Positions 39,698 through 47,780 of a DNA stretch of 57,191 nucleotides are shown piece after piece; position 1 is the first letter of the stretch, and the number at the start of each line of letters is the position of its first letter. The translations under genes and the position numbers were made by a program. Under the pieces are notes generated by a model that made no database searches, had not been told where the DNA came from, and was given only the letters and a program-made list of their open reading frames with translations. The stretch lies in IMG/VR virus record IMGVR_UViG_3300028394_000089, positions 1 through 57,191 of that record; one strand, 5' to 3'. The DNA comes from a virus. Taxonomy: Duplodnaviria; Caudoviricetes.

Positions 39698-39802
39698 TTA
39701 GGCTGCTAAGAGGTACTCTTCTTCAACTTCCCCGAGGAACTCGGAGGCATTGTTGAAGATATATTCTGCTTCAGCCAAGATTGCATCAGTATTATCTTCT
39801 GC
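39698..39802 (-). other. tmRNA tag reading frame AEDNTDAILAEAEYIFNNASEFLGEVEEEYLLAA*
   Basis: GCA resume codon placed just after pk1 (inferred); open to TAA; ends in LAA. Confidence 0.85.
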
Positions 39803-39987
39803 GTTTGGTTTTTAATCGATTTTTTACGAGGCCATCGATTAACCTCGACATGCGCTTTTAATTTCAACTAAATGTCGAAACCAGTACACGCCCAAAATTT
39901 CAAAGAACTAACTAATGATAAGCTTTATTACACTGTTTGTCAATAAAAAGATTGATATTTAAATAAAAAAAATATAACATTAATATT

Positions 39988-40527
39988 ATGAAAGAACCTT
40001 TTACAATTAATTTAAAAAAATATAATGACTCGCGTGGATATTTTGTGGAAAAATTTAATAAAGAAATCTATAGGCAAGTTACTGATTCTGAAAATGAAAC
40101 TGTTTTACAAAATTGTCCGCAATGGGTGCAAGAAAATTATAGCGTCTCACAAAAAAATGTTCTGCGCGGATTACATTATCAATTAGATCAACCACAGGCA
40201 AAATTAATACATTGTATGTATGGTAAAATAATGGATGTTATTGTAGATTTAAGACTGTTTTCGCCCAATTTCGGCAAACACGAAAAATATTATTTAGATG
40301 ATAGTTCTATTTTATATGTTCCGATTGGATTCGCCCATGCTTTTGTTAGCTTGTCTGATCATACAATTGTTGAATATAAATGTTCAAATTTTTATTTACA
40401 AAAAGACTCTTACGTGTTAGCGTGGAATGATAAAAATTTAAATATAGATTGGGGAATTGATAACCCAATCCTTTCAGAACAAGATTCTAATGCTTTAAGT
40501 CTTGCAGATTGCCCCAAATTTGATTAA
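39988..40527 (+). CDS. rmlC: dTDP-4-dehydrorhamnose 3,5-epimerase
   Basis: [34 protein letters not shown]. Confidence 0.95.
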   Translation: MKEPFTINLKKYNDSRGYFVEKFNKEIYRQVTDSENETVLQNCPQWVQENYSVSQKNVLRGLHYQLDQPQAKLIHCMYGKIMDVIVDLRLFSPNFGKHEKYYLDDSSILYVPIGFAHAFVSLSDHTIVEYKCSNFYLQKDSYVLAWNDKNLNIDWGIDNPILSEQDSNALSLADCPKFD

Positions 40528-40538
40528 TATTTAGTATT

Positions 40539-40612
40539 GGAACTGTAGCTCAACTGGTTAGAGCGCCGCCCTGTCACGGCGGAGGTTGCGGGTTCGAGCC
40601 CCGTCAGTTCCG
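40539..40612 (+). tRNA. tRNA-Asp(GTC)
   Basis: Canonical cloverleaf, CCGCC-CTGTCAC-GGCGG. Confidence 0.95.
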
Positions 40613-40616
40613 TGAC

Positions 40617-40690
40617 AGAGATGTAGCTCAACTGGTTAGAGCACCGCTTTGATAAGGCGGGGGTTGTAGGTTCAAGTCCTACCATCTCTA
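40617..40690 (+). tRNA. tRNA-Ile(GAT)
   Basis: AGAGATG/CATCTCT, CCGCT-TTGATAA-GGCGG. Confidence 0.93.
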
Positions 40691-40730
40691 TTAATTTTTT
40701 AATTTAAAATTCAAACATATATAATACATA

Positions 40731-40871
40731 ATGGAAAATAATCAAAATACTGGCGCTGGCAAAGGTGACAAACCTCGTAATTGTTTTTCTAAAAAATATC
40801 GTGATAACTATGATTTAATTAGTTGGAAGAAAAAAAACTTTAAAAAAAATACTACTAAAAGCGTAAAATAA
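40731..40871 (+). CDS. small phage protein (46 aa, not in the ORF track)
   Basis: GAGKGDKPR...Y.DNYD.I.W. Confidence 0.65.
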   Translation: MENNQNTGAGKGDKPRNCFSKKYRDNYDLISWKKKNFKKNTTKSVK

Positions 40872-40875
40872 ATTT

Positions 40876-41694
40876 ATGTTTTCTGCGATTTTCGCCTCGA
40901 TGAATAGAGAAAAAGCATTAGAGGCTACTTTATCCTCTTGGGCAAAAATAAATAAAATTAAAGATTTAGTAATTGTAGATTGGAGTTCTTCGGAGCCTTT
41001 GATAGAAAATCAAATTATCAAAGAACAAATAAACGAATATGGGAATATTAAAATCATTCGGGTCGAAAACCAAAAATATTTTTATCGCTGTTTGGCGTGG
41101 AATCTTGCTTTCCAAAATACTGATCCAGAAAATAAAATTCTAATTAAATTGGATGCAGATCATTATAATACGAGCACTTCGCAACTTCATGGTAGAGATC
41201 ACAGTTCTTGGTTGGATAATTTATCATTAACGGCGGATAAAGAGTTGAAAAACTGTTTTTATGCGGGAAACCTTGACTTGGATTATAAACTGTATGGTTT
41301 TCTTATCGTAAACAAAAAACACTTTAAAGAAGGTTATAATGAAAATATAGATGCTATTTGGGGATTTGAAGATTCAGACCTTTACCATAGAATACAAAAA
41401 AAATATAATATAAATATAAACAAATCGATTGGCTCTAATTCTATTTTTCATATTCCTCATTCCGAAGAAATGAGAATTAAAAATCTTAAATCTCCAATCA
41501 AATATTTATGGAAAGACGAAATAAATTTAGGACCGAATTTTAATGAAAAATACCAGTTTACATATATAGGAAAAGACGGAAAAAGATTACAAACCAGAAC
41601 GCAATGTAAAAATATTAACGAGTGGACTCCTGCTAAATATAGAGTATTAGAAGACTCTCCGATTTATAAAAGGGTTGAATTGATAGAACAATGA
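40876..41694 (+). CDS. GT2/GT7-like glycosyltransferase
   Basis: MNR...L, IVDWSS, KLDAD, GYNE....WGFEDSD. Confidence 0.85.
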   Translation: MFSAIFASMNREKALEATLSSWAKINKIKDLVIVDWSSSEPLIENQIIKEQINEYGNIKIIRVENQKYFYRCLAWNLAFQNTDPENKILIKLDADHYNTSTSQLHGRDHSSWLDNLSLTADKELKNCFYAGNLDLDYKLYGFLIVNKKHFKEGYNENIDAIWGFEDSDLYHRIQKKYNININKSIGSNSIFHIPHSEEMRIKNLKSPIKYLWKDEINLGPNFNEKYQFTYIGKDGKRLQTRTQCKNINEWTPAKYRVLEDSPIYKRVELIEQ

Positions 41695-41951
41695 AAAGGT
41701 TATTAATAATACCTTTACTACTGATAAGTAGTTGCCATCATCTTGAAAAAATACAATTAAAAGGAGAGATTACTGGAACAAGATATAGTAATCAAGAATT
41801 TACAAAAGGTAAACACGTTCTGACTGCAAGATACCCCTTATCAGAAACAATAAATATCAAAGGAACCGTGTCTCAAGAATACAAAACTGGACCACTGATA
41901 CAAACTGAAATGCCAGATTACGGAGAAACAAGTTTAGAAATTTTGTTTTAG
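41691..41951 (+). CDS. putative lipoprotein
   Basis: MKR + hydrophobic stretch + ISSC lipobox-like; terminal F. Confidence 0.6.
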   Translation: MKRLLIIPLLLISSCHHLEKIQLKGEITGTRYSNQEFTKGKHVLTARYPLSETINIKGTVSQEYKTGPLIQTEMPDYGETSLEILF

Positions 41952-41977
41952 GTGTATATCATTATATAGAGTTTAAT

Positions 41978-42050
41978 TGCGGGATCGACAAGTGGTTAAG
42001 TCAGAAGTCTCATAAGCTTCCATGCATGGGTTCAAATCCCATTCCCGCTA
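41978..42050 (+). tRNA. tRNA-Met(CAT), unpaired 1:72
   Basis: TGCGGGA/TCCCGCT, GAAGT-CTCATAA-GCTTC, ATGGG-TTCAAAT-CCCAT. Confidence 0.85.
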
Positions 42051-42058
42051 TTTTTTAT

Positions 42059-42086
42059 TTGACCTATTCGCAAAATATTATATGAT
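42059..42086 (+). promoter_or_regulatory. sigma70-like promoter, leaderless
   Basis: TTGACC-16-TATGAT, ATG 6 nt downstream. Confidence 0.65.
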
Positions 42087-42092
42087 TAGGGT

Positions 42093-42410
42093 ATGAATAA
42101 TAGTATAAACATCAATACGAGTAAAATCCCCACAATTCACCAACTTCGGCGCGCTGGATGGAAAGTTCGCGTAATGCACGGCAGGATGGAAGACTATCCA
42201 GATTTGTATAGCGACGAAGTGGGACTACCAGTGCGTCATCTTGCAGATCGTGTAACAATGATTGAGCTAACTTCCCCAGAAGGTAAAGATGCTTATGGTG
42301 TTGCCCTTTGTAGTAAAGAGGACAATTACAATCGTAAACTCGGCAATCGTATTGCACTGGGCCGCGCATTGAAAAATCATATGGTATTTAATGAAAACAA
42401 CTCTTTTTAG
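42093..42410 (+). CDS. hypothetical phage protein
   Basis: G.A.CS..DNYNRK.G..IALGRA motif. Confidence 0.8.
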   Translation: MNNSININTSKIPTIHQLRRAGWKVRVMHGRMEDYPDLYSDEVGLPVRHLADRVTMIELTSPEGKDAYGVALCSKEDNYNRKLGNRIALGRALKNHMVFNENNSF

Positions 42411-42612
42411 TTTACTTTCGATAATTCTTTCTTGCGCTATTACCTTTGCAGATTATACCGCATCTGGTAATGGTTATAATAGAGGGGACGCCTATATGAT
42501 GGCAATCGGTAGCGCACCGAATGGATATCAATGGACAATTATTCGTGTCAATTATAGACCACTGGGGGATGGAAGATATAATTGCGTAATAACTTGGAAA
42601 GAAAACAATTAA
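42391..42612 (+). CDS. small secreted protein
   Basis: Signal-peptide-like N-terminus. Confidence 0.6.
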   Translation: MKTTLFSLLSIILSCAITFADYTASGNGYNRGDAYMMAIGSAPNGYQWTIIRVNYRPLGDGRYNCVITWKENN

Positions 42613-42613
42613 A

Positions 42614-42684
42614 TGCCTTGTGGTGAAATGGTATCACGGTTTCCTTTGGAGAAACTTTTCTACGTTCGAGTCGTAGCGAGGCAG
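42614..42684 (+). tRNA. tRNA-Gln(TTG)
   Basis: TGCCTTG/CGAGGCA, TTTC-CTTTGGA-GAAA. Confidence 0.88.
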
Positions 42685-42692
42685 CTTTAAAC

Positions 42693-42765
42693 ACTCCTAT
42701 AGTTCAATTGGTTAGAACGGTCTGTTTATAACGGACAAACCTTGGTTCAAATCCAAGTAGGAGTA
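42693..42765 (+). tRNA. tRNA-Ile(TAT)
   Basis: ACTCCTA/TAGGAGT-A, GTCTG-TTTATAA-CGGAC, CTTGG-TTCAAAT-CCAAG. Confidence 0.88.
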
Positions 42766-42808
42766 CTATACTATACGTGTAATATAATACAATGACTTTA
42801 TTAAAATT

Positions 42809-43003
42809 ATGACAGCATCAGCCGAACCTAATAAAAAATCTAAAGAATATTTATCCTCAAGGGCATGGTCAGAAGAATGTATAACAAATATTAAAAAAAT
42901 ACAGGATGAATTTTTAGATCATTATTACAATGATAAAAAAGAAAACACTGCTATACTTAAACTTTTGCAACAGTTGGTAGAAAGATTAGAAAAAAATATT
43001 TGA
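42809..43003 (+). CDS. hypothetical protein
   Basis: 64-aa ORF. Confidence 0.55.
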   Translation: MTASAEPNKKSKEYLSSRAWSEECITNIKKIQDEFLDHYYNDKKENTAILKLLQQLVERLEKNI

Positions 43004-43035
43004 CATTAAGCTAAAAACAATGTAATAATATATAA

Positions 43036-43241
43036 GATCTGGCAGTAGTAAACCTTTCCAGATCGGGATGCGCTCTCTTTGCCTGTTAGTGTGTTGGGGG
43101 TGCTCATTCTAAGCTAGTCGAGCTAGGCTACATAAAGCTATGACGCTATGCATTATTCAATACAGGCTTTGACGTTGATAGGTCTGCGAACCTCGCGGAC
43201 GCTTCGTTAAGTAAGGGACAAGTTCTAGGCCAAAACCCTTC
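43036..43241 (+). ncRNA. candidate structured ncRNA of unknown class
   Basis: Non-coding, GC-richer than its flanks, directly after TTGACA-17-TAATAA; stems GATCTGG/CCAGATC, GCCTGT/ACAGGC, GTCTGCGA/TCGCGGAC, AAGGG/CCCTT. Confidence 0.6.
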
Positions 43242-43299
43242 AAATACTATTTAAAAAAAGAATTGACATCCCTACCAATTTTACATATAATATAAGACT

Positions 43300-43824
43300 A
43301 TGATGAAATATATCAAAATCGCAGTAGTCATGTTGGTAACGACTGGTTCAGTCATTGCTGGCACTGATTTTAAATCAAATAAAAACGTTATTGAAGACAC
43401 TTGTCGTTTTCGTGACACCGAACTCCAACTCGACCTTTTTGGCACGGGCGGGTTCTATCAAGAGGGTAATCCAGGATGGGGCGGTGGCGCTGCAGTCAAC
43501 GTGTTTTTTCTCAAGTATATTGGTCTTGGAGTAGAACAAAGTTTGGCGGCGCGTAATGACGCTACAGAATGGGGTACTTTTGGTAACCTGTTCTTGCGTT
43601 ATCCAATTTGCAGTTGGAACTTGTCTCCATATGTTATGGCTGGACTCGGAGCTGTTTACGGTTCTAATAATGACGCAGTACTAGCTGGCACTGTTGGTGG
43701 CGGATTAGAATACCGATTCACAGATAATATTGGTATTTTTGCTGACGCACGTTGGCTTTACAATGCCGAAGCTAGTGATAGCGGTGCAGTCTTGGCGCGC
43801 ACTGGATTGAAATTTGCTTTCTGA
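43300..43824 (+). CDS. outer-membrane beta-barrel protein (8-strand OmpA/Ail-like)
   Basis: Signal peptide, alternating amphipathic strands, SPY..AG.G, GGGLEYRF, C-terminal F. Confidence 0.88.
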   Translation: MMKYIKIAVVMLVTTGSVIAGTDFKSNKNVIEDTCRFRDTELQLDLFGTGGFYQEGNPGWGGGAAVNVFFLKYIGLGVEQSLAARNDATEWGTFGNLFLRYPICSWNLSPYVMAGLGAVYGSNNDAVLAGTVGGGLEYRFTDNIGIFADARWLYNAEASDSGAVLARTGLKFAF

Positions 43825-43846
43825 GTCAAATCCCATTCAAGAAACT

Positions 43847-43880
43847 AATAATGGGTCTAGAAATAGGCCCATTATTTTTT
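43847..43880 (+). terminator. intrinsic terminator
   Basis: AATAATGGGTCTA-GAAA-TAGGCCCATTATT followed by a T tract. Confidence 0.85.
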
Positions 43881-43881
43881 T

Positions 43882-43951
43882 GCGGAATTAGTTTAATGTT
43901 AAAACGAAGCTCTTCCAAAGCCTAGATAGGAGTTCGATTCTCCTATTCCGT
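43882..43951 (+). tRNA. tRNA-Gly(TCC)
   Basis: GCGGAAT/ATTCCGT, GCT-CTTCCAA-AGC, AGGAG-TTCGATT-CTCCT. Confidence 0.85.
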
Positions 43952-44359
43952 ACGGGATGGATATTCAGTAGAAATAATTTTAAAAGGATCTCCAAATATA
44001 TCCTTACTTTTTAGAAAAAAATCATCCCAGTATATTTGATATTTATTTATATATAAAATATTTTCTATATTTAAATAATTATTTATAGTATTTTTATCAT
44101 ATATATATTCAGTTGCTTCATAAATATCTTTGAATTCGTGTATATCAAATTGATTCATGAATTCTTGCATATCTTTATATACATATTTGATACGTATATC
44201 TGAACCCTCTGAAGACCAAATTATTCCTAATCTTTTATAGATAATATTATAAAGATTTTCATTATTATCATGATCTAAATAAATAAATTTATATTTTCGA
44301 ATCAGACCATCTGGTACAATGTTATTAAGGTAATTTTTATTAAGAAGTCGTGTTATCAT
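43943..44359 (-). CDS. hypothetical protein
   Basis: ~138-aa ORF in very AT-rich DNA; start taken at MITRLL. Confidence 0.5.
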   Translation of the reverse strand: MITRLLNKNYLNNIVPDGLIRKYKFIYLDHDNNENLYNIIYKRLGIIWSSEGSDIRIKYVYKDMQEFMNQFDIHEFKDIYEATEYIYDKNTINNYLNIENILYINKYQIYWDDFFLKSKDIFGDPFKIISTEYPSRTE

Positions 44360-44393
44360 TAGATTTTTTTTAAATATTACCTTAATATATAAT

Positions 44394-45176
44394 ATGAAAT
44401 TTATTTTTAGCAATTGGTCTGATGCCGTTGGACATAAAACATCTTCTTTAGAATTAGCTAAAATATCAAATTTTTTAATTCAAGCAAAGGGGTTCGAAAC
44501 AGTTTTATTTGCAGATAAGGGTAGCATCGAACATTTTAAAAGCGTTCCATACAATGAAATTCATGAAATAAAAGACTATGAAATGGAAAATATTCCGAAA
44601 AGCCTTTGGAGTATGAGTAAATTGGTATCCATGTCGAAGATGAATGAACCTTTTTTACATGTTGATTTTGATTTGTTTTTATTTAAATTTGATGAGTTAT
44701 GTTTGAAAAAAAATATTGTATGTTTACATTCAGAATCTTATTTTGATAAAAATATTAAAATACTTCAAAAAATTGTGGGTATACAACCTGAAAAAACATT
44801 AAATAGTATAGCAAGATCTTATAATTGTGGAATAATTGGTGGTCAAAATTTTGAATTTTTAAAAAAAGCCTCTAATGAAATATTAGAATATGTGCGTGAA
44901 AATAAAAGTCATATAGAGGAAGTATATTCTAACAATTTAAATAATAAAGATATAACAATACAAATTATGCCAGTTTTAGTAGAGCAAGTATGGATGTTTC
45001 AATTATTTAAGTTTTATAATGAAATATTTTATACTTATTTAGATTCTGATAGCCCGTCTACGCATAAATTTCAAAACGAGTGCTATATCAAAGGATTCAT
45101 TCATTTTCAAAAGGGTAAAAAGGTAAAAAATTGTGAATATACTATTAATCAATTTATAAATTATTTTAATATTTAA
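44394..45176 (+). CDS. DUF6734-like nucleotide-diphospho-sugar transferase
   Basis: W...KL, PFLHVDFD, NCGIIGG, EQ, FIH. Confidence 0.7.
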   Translation: MKFIFSNWSDAVGHKTSSLELAKISNFLIQAKGFETVLFADKGSIEHFKSVPYNEIHEIKDYEMENIPKSLWSMSKLVSMSKMNEPFLHVDFDLFLFKFDELCLKKNIVCLHSESYFDKNIKILQKIVGIQPEKTLNSIARSYNCGIIGGQNFEFLKKASNEILEYVRENKSHIEEVYSNNLNNKDITIQIMPVLVEQVWMFQLFKFYNEIFYTYLDSDSPSTHKFQNECYIKGFIHFQKGKKVKNCEYTINQFINYFNI

Positions 45177-45191
45177 AGTGTAATAAACTAG

Positions 45192-46325
45192 ATGATCAAT
45201 ACATATCAAGAAGGGGCGGAAAAATTCCCTACTTTATTTGGTTTTAAAACTGATAATAAAATTGCCGCTAACGGTTTAAATACTATTTATGGTATTGTAA
45301 TGATAGTCGCAATGGCTTTTGCTTACCACGCTTTAAGTCTTATTCTTGTCGAGTGGAACGCATTTTTAGTATTTTTAGCAGCTATTGCCGTCGTTGGTTT
45401 ACCTTACTGTATTAAGATTATAATGTATGGGCGCAAATTATTTACTTTAAATATGGCTATACTATGTATTGCTATTAGTTTATTACCCACAATTTTTGAT
45501 TTTATTGGCTTTTATTCAGAAACAAGTATCAGACAATCCCTTGTTAATACAAAATTTGAAGTATTAGAAAAATTAAATTATTTTGATAAAGAAGCGCGAA
45601 AAGCTATAAATGAAAATATTATCGAGTTAGATAAAGACTATAATGTAAAATTGGTACAAACAGAAAAGGATTTTAATTCAAAAAAATCAAGCCTGTCACA
45701 AGAAGTGGTGGACGCACAACAAACATTTATAGATGAAACGCAGGGCGTGTCTGGGCGATCCACAAGCGGTAGAATAGGTATCGGTCCAAAGTCTAAAGAG
45801 CTTGAATCAGAAGTTAGGAAGGCCGAGGCGAGAACTGAATTAGAAAGAAAAGAACTAGAAGATAATAAACAAAAAGAAATTAGTCGTTTAACCAAAGATT
45901 ATGAAACCAGATATAAATCTTACCAAGAGGGTATAGATGCGATTAATGAACTGGTTTCTTCTAAAGATAATAAGGGTTTAATTTTCGAAGTTAATCGTGC
46001 AAAAACTTTTGATGAATTAGCTGATACGGTTGTTCGTCTTAATACTAGCGTAAACATGGTAAGCTCTAAATTAGGTGTTGAACCAGAGTACGTTAAGTTC
46101 TCTACTGAGAATGTAATTCAGTTATCTTTTGGCGCATTAACACGTTTTGAAATTACTGCGGTTATTTGTTTTGCACTAGCTCTTCTTTTAGAGATTGTTG
46201 ATACTATTATTGTTTATATGGTTCGTGGCGTTAAAAATAAAGAAGAAGAAGAAATAGAAGAAGAAAACGCTGAGGTACCAACAGTTGTTGTAGATAATGT
46301 AAAAAAGATTGTGAGCGTTAGATAA
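45192..46325 (+). CDS. multi-TM coiled-coil membrane protein (DUF4407-like)
   Basis: Three N-terminal TMs, E..G..G..SG..G.GP, long coiled coil, C-terminal TM. Confidence 0.7.
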   Translation: MINTYQEGAEKFPTLFGFKTDNKIAANGLNTIYGIVMIVAMAFAYHALSLILVEWNAFLVFLAAIAVVGLPYCIKIIMYGRKLFTLNMAILCIAISLLPTIFDFIGFYSETSIRQSLVNTKFEVLEKLNYFDKEARKAINENIIELDKDYNVKLVQTEKDFNSKKSSLSQEVVDAQQTFIDETQGVSGRSTSGRIGIGPKSKELESEVRKAEARTELERKELEDNKQKEISRLTKDYETRYKSYQEGIDAINELVSSKDNKGLIFEVNRAKTFDELADTVVRLNTSVNMVSSKLGVEPEYVKFSTENVIQLSFGALTRFEITAVICFALALLLEIVDTIIVYMVRGVKNKEEEEIEEENAEVPTVVVDNVKKIVSVR

Positions 46326-46364
46326 AAGCGTTGATTTTATAAAAAAAAGTTGTATCATTCATTA

Positions 46365-46664
46365 ATGAGCGACAACTCAAATATTATCAACCAGTATGGA
46401 TATCCTAGAATTACTGCGCCTGATCAACAATTAATTACTTTAATTGAATCAATGGGGAGAGCAGTAAGAGACAATGAACATAATTTTCCCCAGAAAAGAT
46501 GGTTTCGCTTGTGCGAGATATATTATTCTTTGAGATATGGATTGTATGGTTACGCTTGGCAAAAAATTAACGATTTAAAGGACGATTTACGATGGAAGAT
46601 TCCATCAGATGTTTATCATGCATTAAAAGACATATGTAAGGATATGAATGTTGAAATATCATGA
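46365..46664 (+). CDS. hypothetical protein
   Basis: ATG 6 nt after TTGATT-16-TATCAT. Confidence 0.65.
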   Translation: MSDNSNIINQYGYPRITAPDQQLITLIESMGRAVRDNEHNFPQKRWFRLCEIYYSLRYGLYGYAWQKINDLKDDLRWKIPSDVYHALKDICKDMNVEIS

Positions 46665-46670
46665 TTATTA

Positions 46671-46743
46671 TGCCAAGTAGCTCAGTGGTAGTAGCGTTCG
46701 TCTGTTAAACGAAATGTCGTTGGTTCAATCCCAACCTTGGCAG
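46671..46743 (+). tRNA. tRNA-Asn(GTT)
   Basis: TGCCAAG/CTTGGCA-G, TTCGT-CTGTTAA-ACGAA. Confidence 0.92.
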
Positions 46744-46750
46744 CTTTTAT

Positions 46751-47110
46751 ATGAAAACCTGTGTATATTGTAAAATTGAAAAAGATATAGTAGAATTCCC
46801 AAGGCACTCTTTATATAAAGACAATTTAGATATGCGTTGCAGAGATTGCATCAAACAACATGTTAAAATTAGGAAAGAGCTTCATAAGAACGCGCCGCCA
46901 AAACCAGAATTTTGCGAATGTTGTGGCGAAATTCCGCGCAAGTGGTGCCTAGATCACGATCATAAAACTGATAAATTTCGTGGATGGTTGTGTGATAAAT
47001 GCAATACTGGTATTGGTAAACTGGGTGATGATTTAAAGGGTGTTATGAAAGCTGTAAAATTTTTAAAAAATGTTCCCATAGCTCAATTGGATAGAGCAAC
47101 GTTCTTCTAA
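46751..47110 (+). CDS. recombination endonuclease VII-family (HNH) nuclease
   Basis: CxxC...CxxC, CECCG, LDHDH....RGWLC..CN.GIG. Confidence 0.9.
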   Translation: MKTCVYCKIEKDIVEFPRHSLYKDNLDMRCRDCIKQHVKIRKELHKNAPPKPEFCECCGEIPRKWCLDHDHKTDKFRGWLCDKCNTGIGKLGDDLKGVMKAVKFLKNVPIAQLDRATFF

Positions 47111-47148
47111 AGCGTAGGTTACAGGTTCGATCCCTGTTGGGAACGCCA
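47072..47148 (+). tRNA. tRNA-Arg(TCT)
   Basis: GTTCCCA/TGGGAAC-GCCA, ACGTT-CTTCTAA-AGCGT. Confidence 0.92.
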
Positions 47149-47195
47149 TAATTTATCTTGATTGAATACCAAAAACAACCTATAGTAATTTATAC

Positions 47196-47271
47196 GGCGC
47201 AGTAGTCCAATGGCAGAGACAACAGACTTAAAATCTGTCAAGTGTGGGTTCGAGTCCCACCTGCGCCACCA
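47196..47271 (+). tRNA. tRNA-Leu(TAA), short variable loop
   Basis: GGCGCAG/CTGCGCC-ACCA, ACAGA-CTTAAAA-TCTGT. Confidence 0.92.
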
Positions 47272-47277
47272 CTTTCT

Positions 47278-47457
47278 ATGAAAACTTATTACATAATTGA
47301 AAACTTTAACAAATTAGCTAATCTTTGGGTACAGTATGATTTTATTAAATATAAGACTTTACAAATGGCTAAAAATGAGGTAGAAAGGTTTAAAGCTAAT
47401 GAAACCAAAGATAAACTTCGCGTAATCAAAACACAAATCGTATATGAAAAAAAATAA
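47278..47457 (+). CDS. hypothetical protein
   Basis: ATG after the tRNA (MKTYYII). Confidence 0.55.
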   Translation: MKTYYIIENFNKLANLWVQYDFIKYKTLQMAKNEVERFKANETKDKLRVIKTQIVYEKK

Positions 47458-47770
47458 AAAACCAGTAACACGTTTTATGGATATGCATAGTGGTGGGGAA
47501 TTAAAAACTGCCTATACGCATATTTATATAGATGGATCGCTTGAAACAGCTGTAAAAACATTTCGAGAAGCCTTTGGTATTGACCCTGATAATCAAACAT
47601 GTGATTGTTGTGGCAAAGATTATTTTTACGATGAATACGAAAATATCGAAGAGGCTACAGCTTATGAACGCGAGTGTGAATATAAAGATCAGGGGTATGA
47701 TCTTAAAACAGCTAAAATTTCAGTAGACGAATACGTTGATGAATCAAGCATTATCTGGATAACAGAATAG
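47444..47770 (+). CDS. hypothetical phage protein
   Basis: FMDMHSGG, CDCCG. Confidence 0.75.
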   Translation: MKKNKKPVTRFMDMHSGGELKTAYTHIYIDGSLETAVKTFREAFGIDPDNQTCDCCGKDYFYDEYENIEEATAYERECEYKDQGYDLKTAKISVDEYVDESSIIWITE

Positions 47771-47780
47771 AATAAAAATT

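Larger units (their letters stand above)
39183..39893 (-). ncRNA. ssrA: tmRNA, split by a group I intron (exon 1 39893-39451, exon 2 39195-39183)
   Basis: 5' GGGCGTG-TACTGGTTTCGAC; 3' CACGTCC-A gives an acceptor stem with G3:U; the spliced T-arm is AGGGG-TTCAACT-CCCCT; pk1 is present; the tag ORF ends LAA-stop. Confidence 0.93.
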
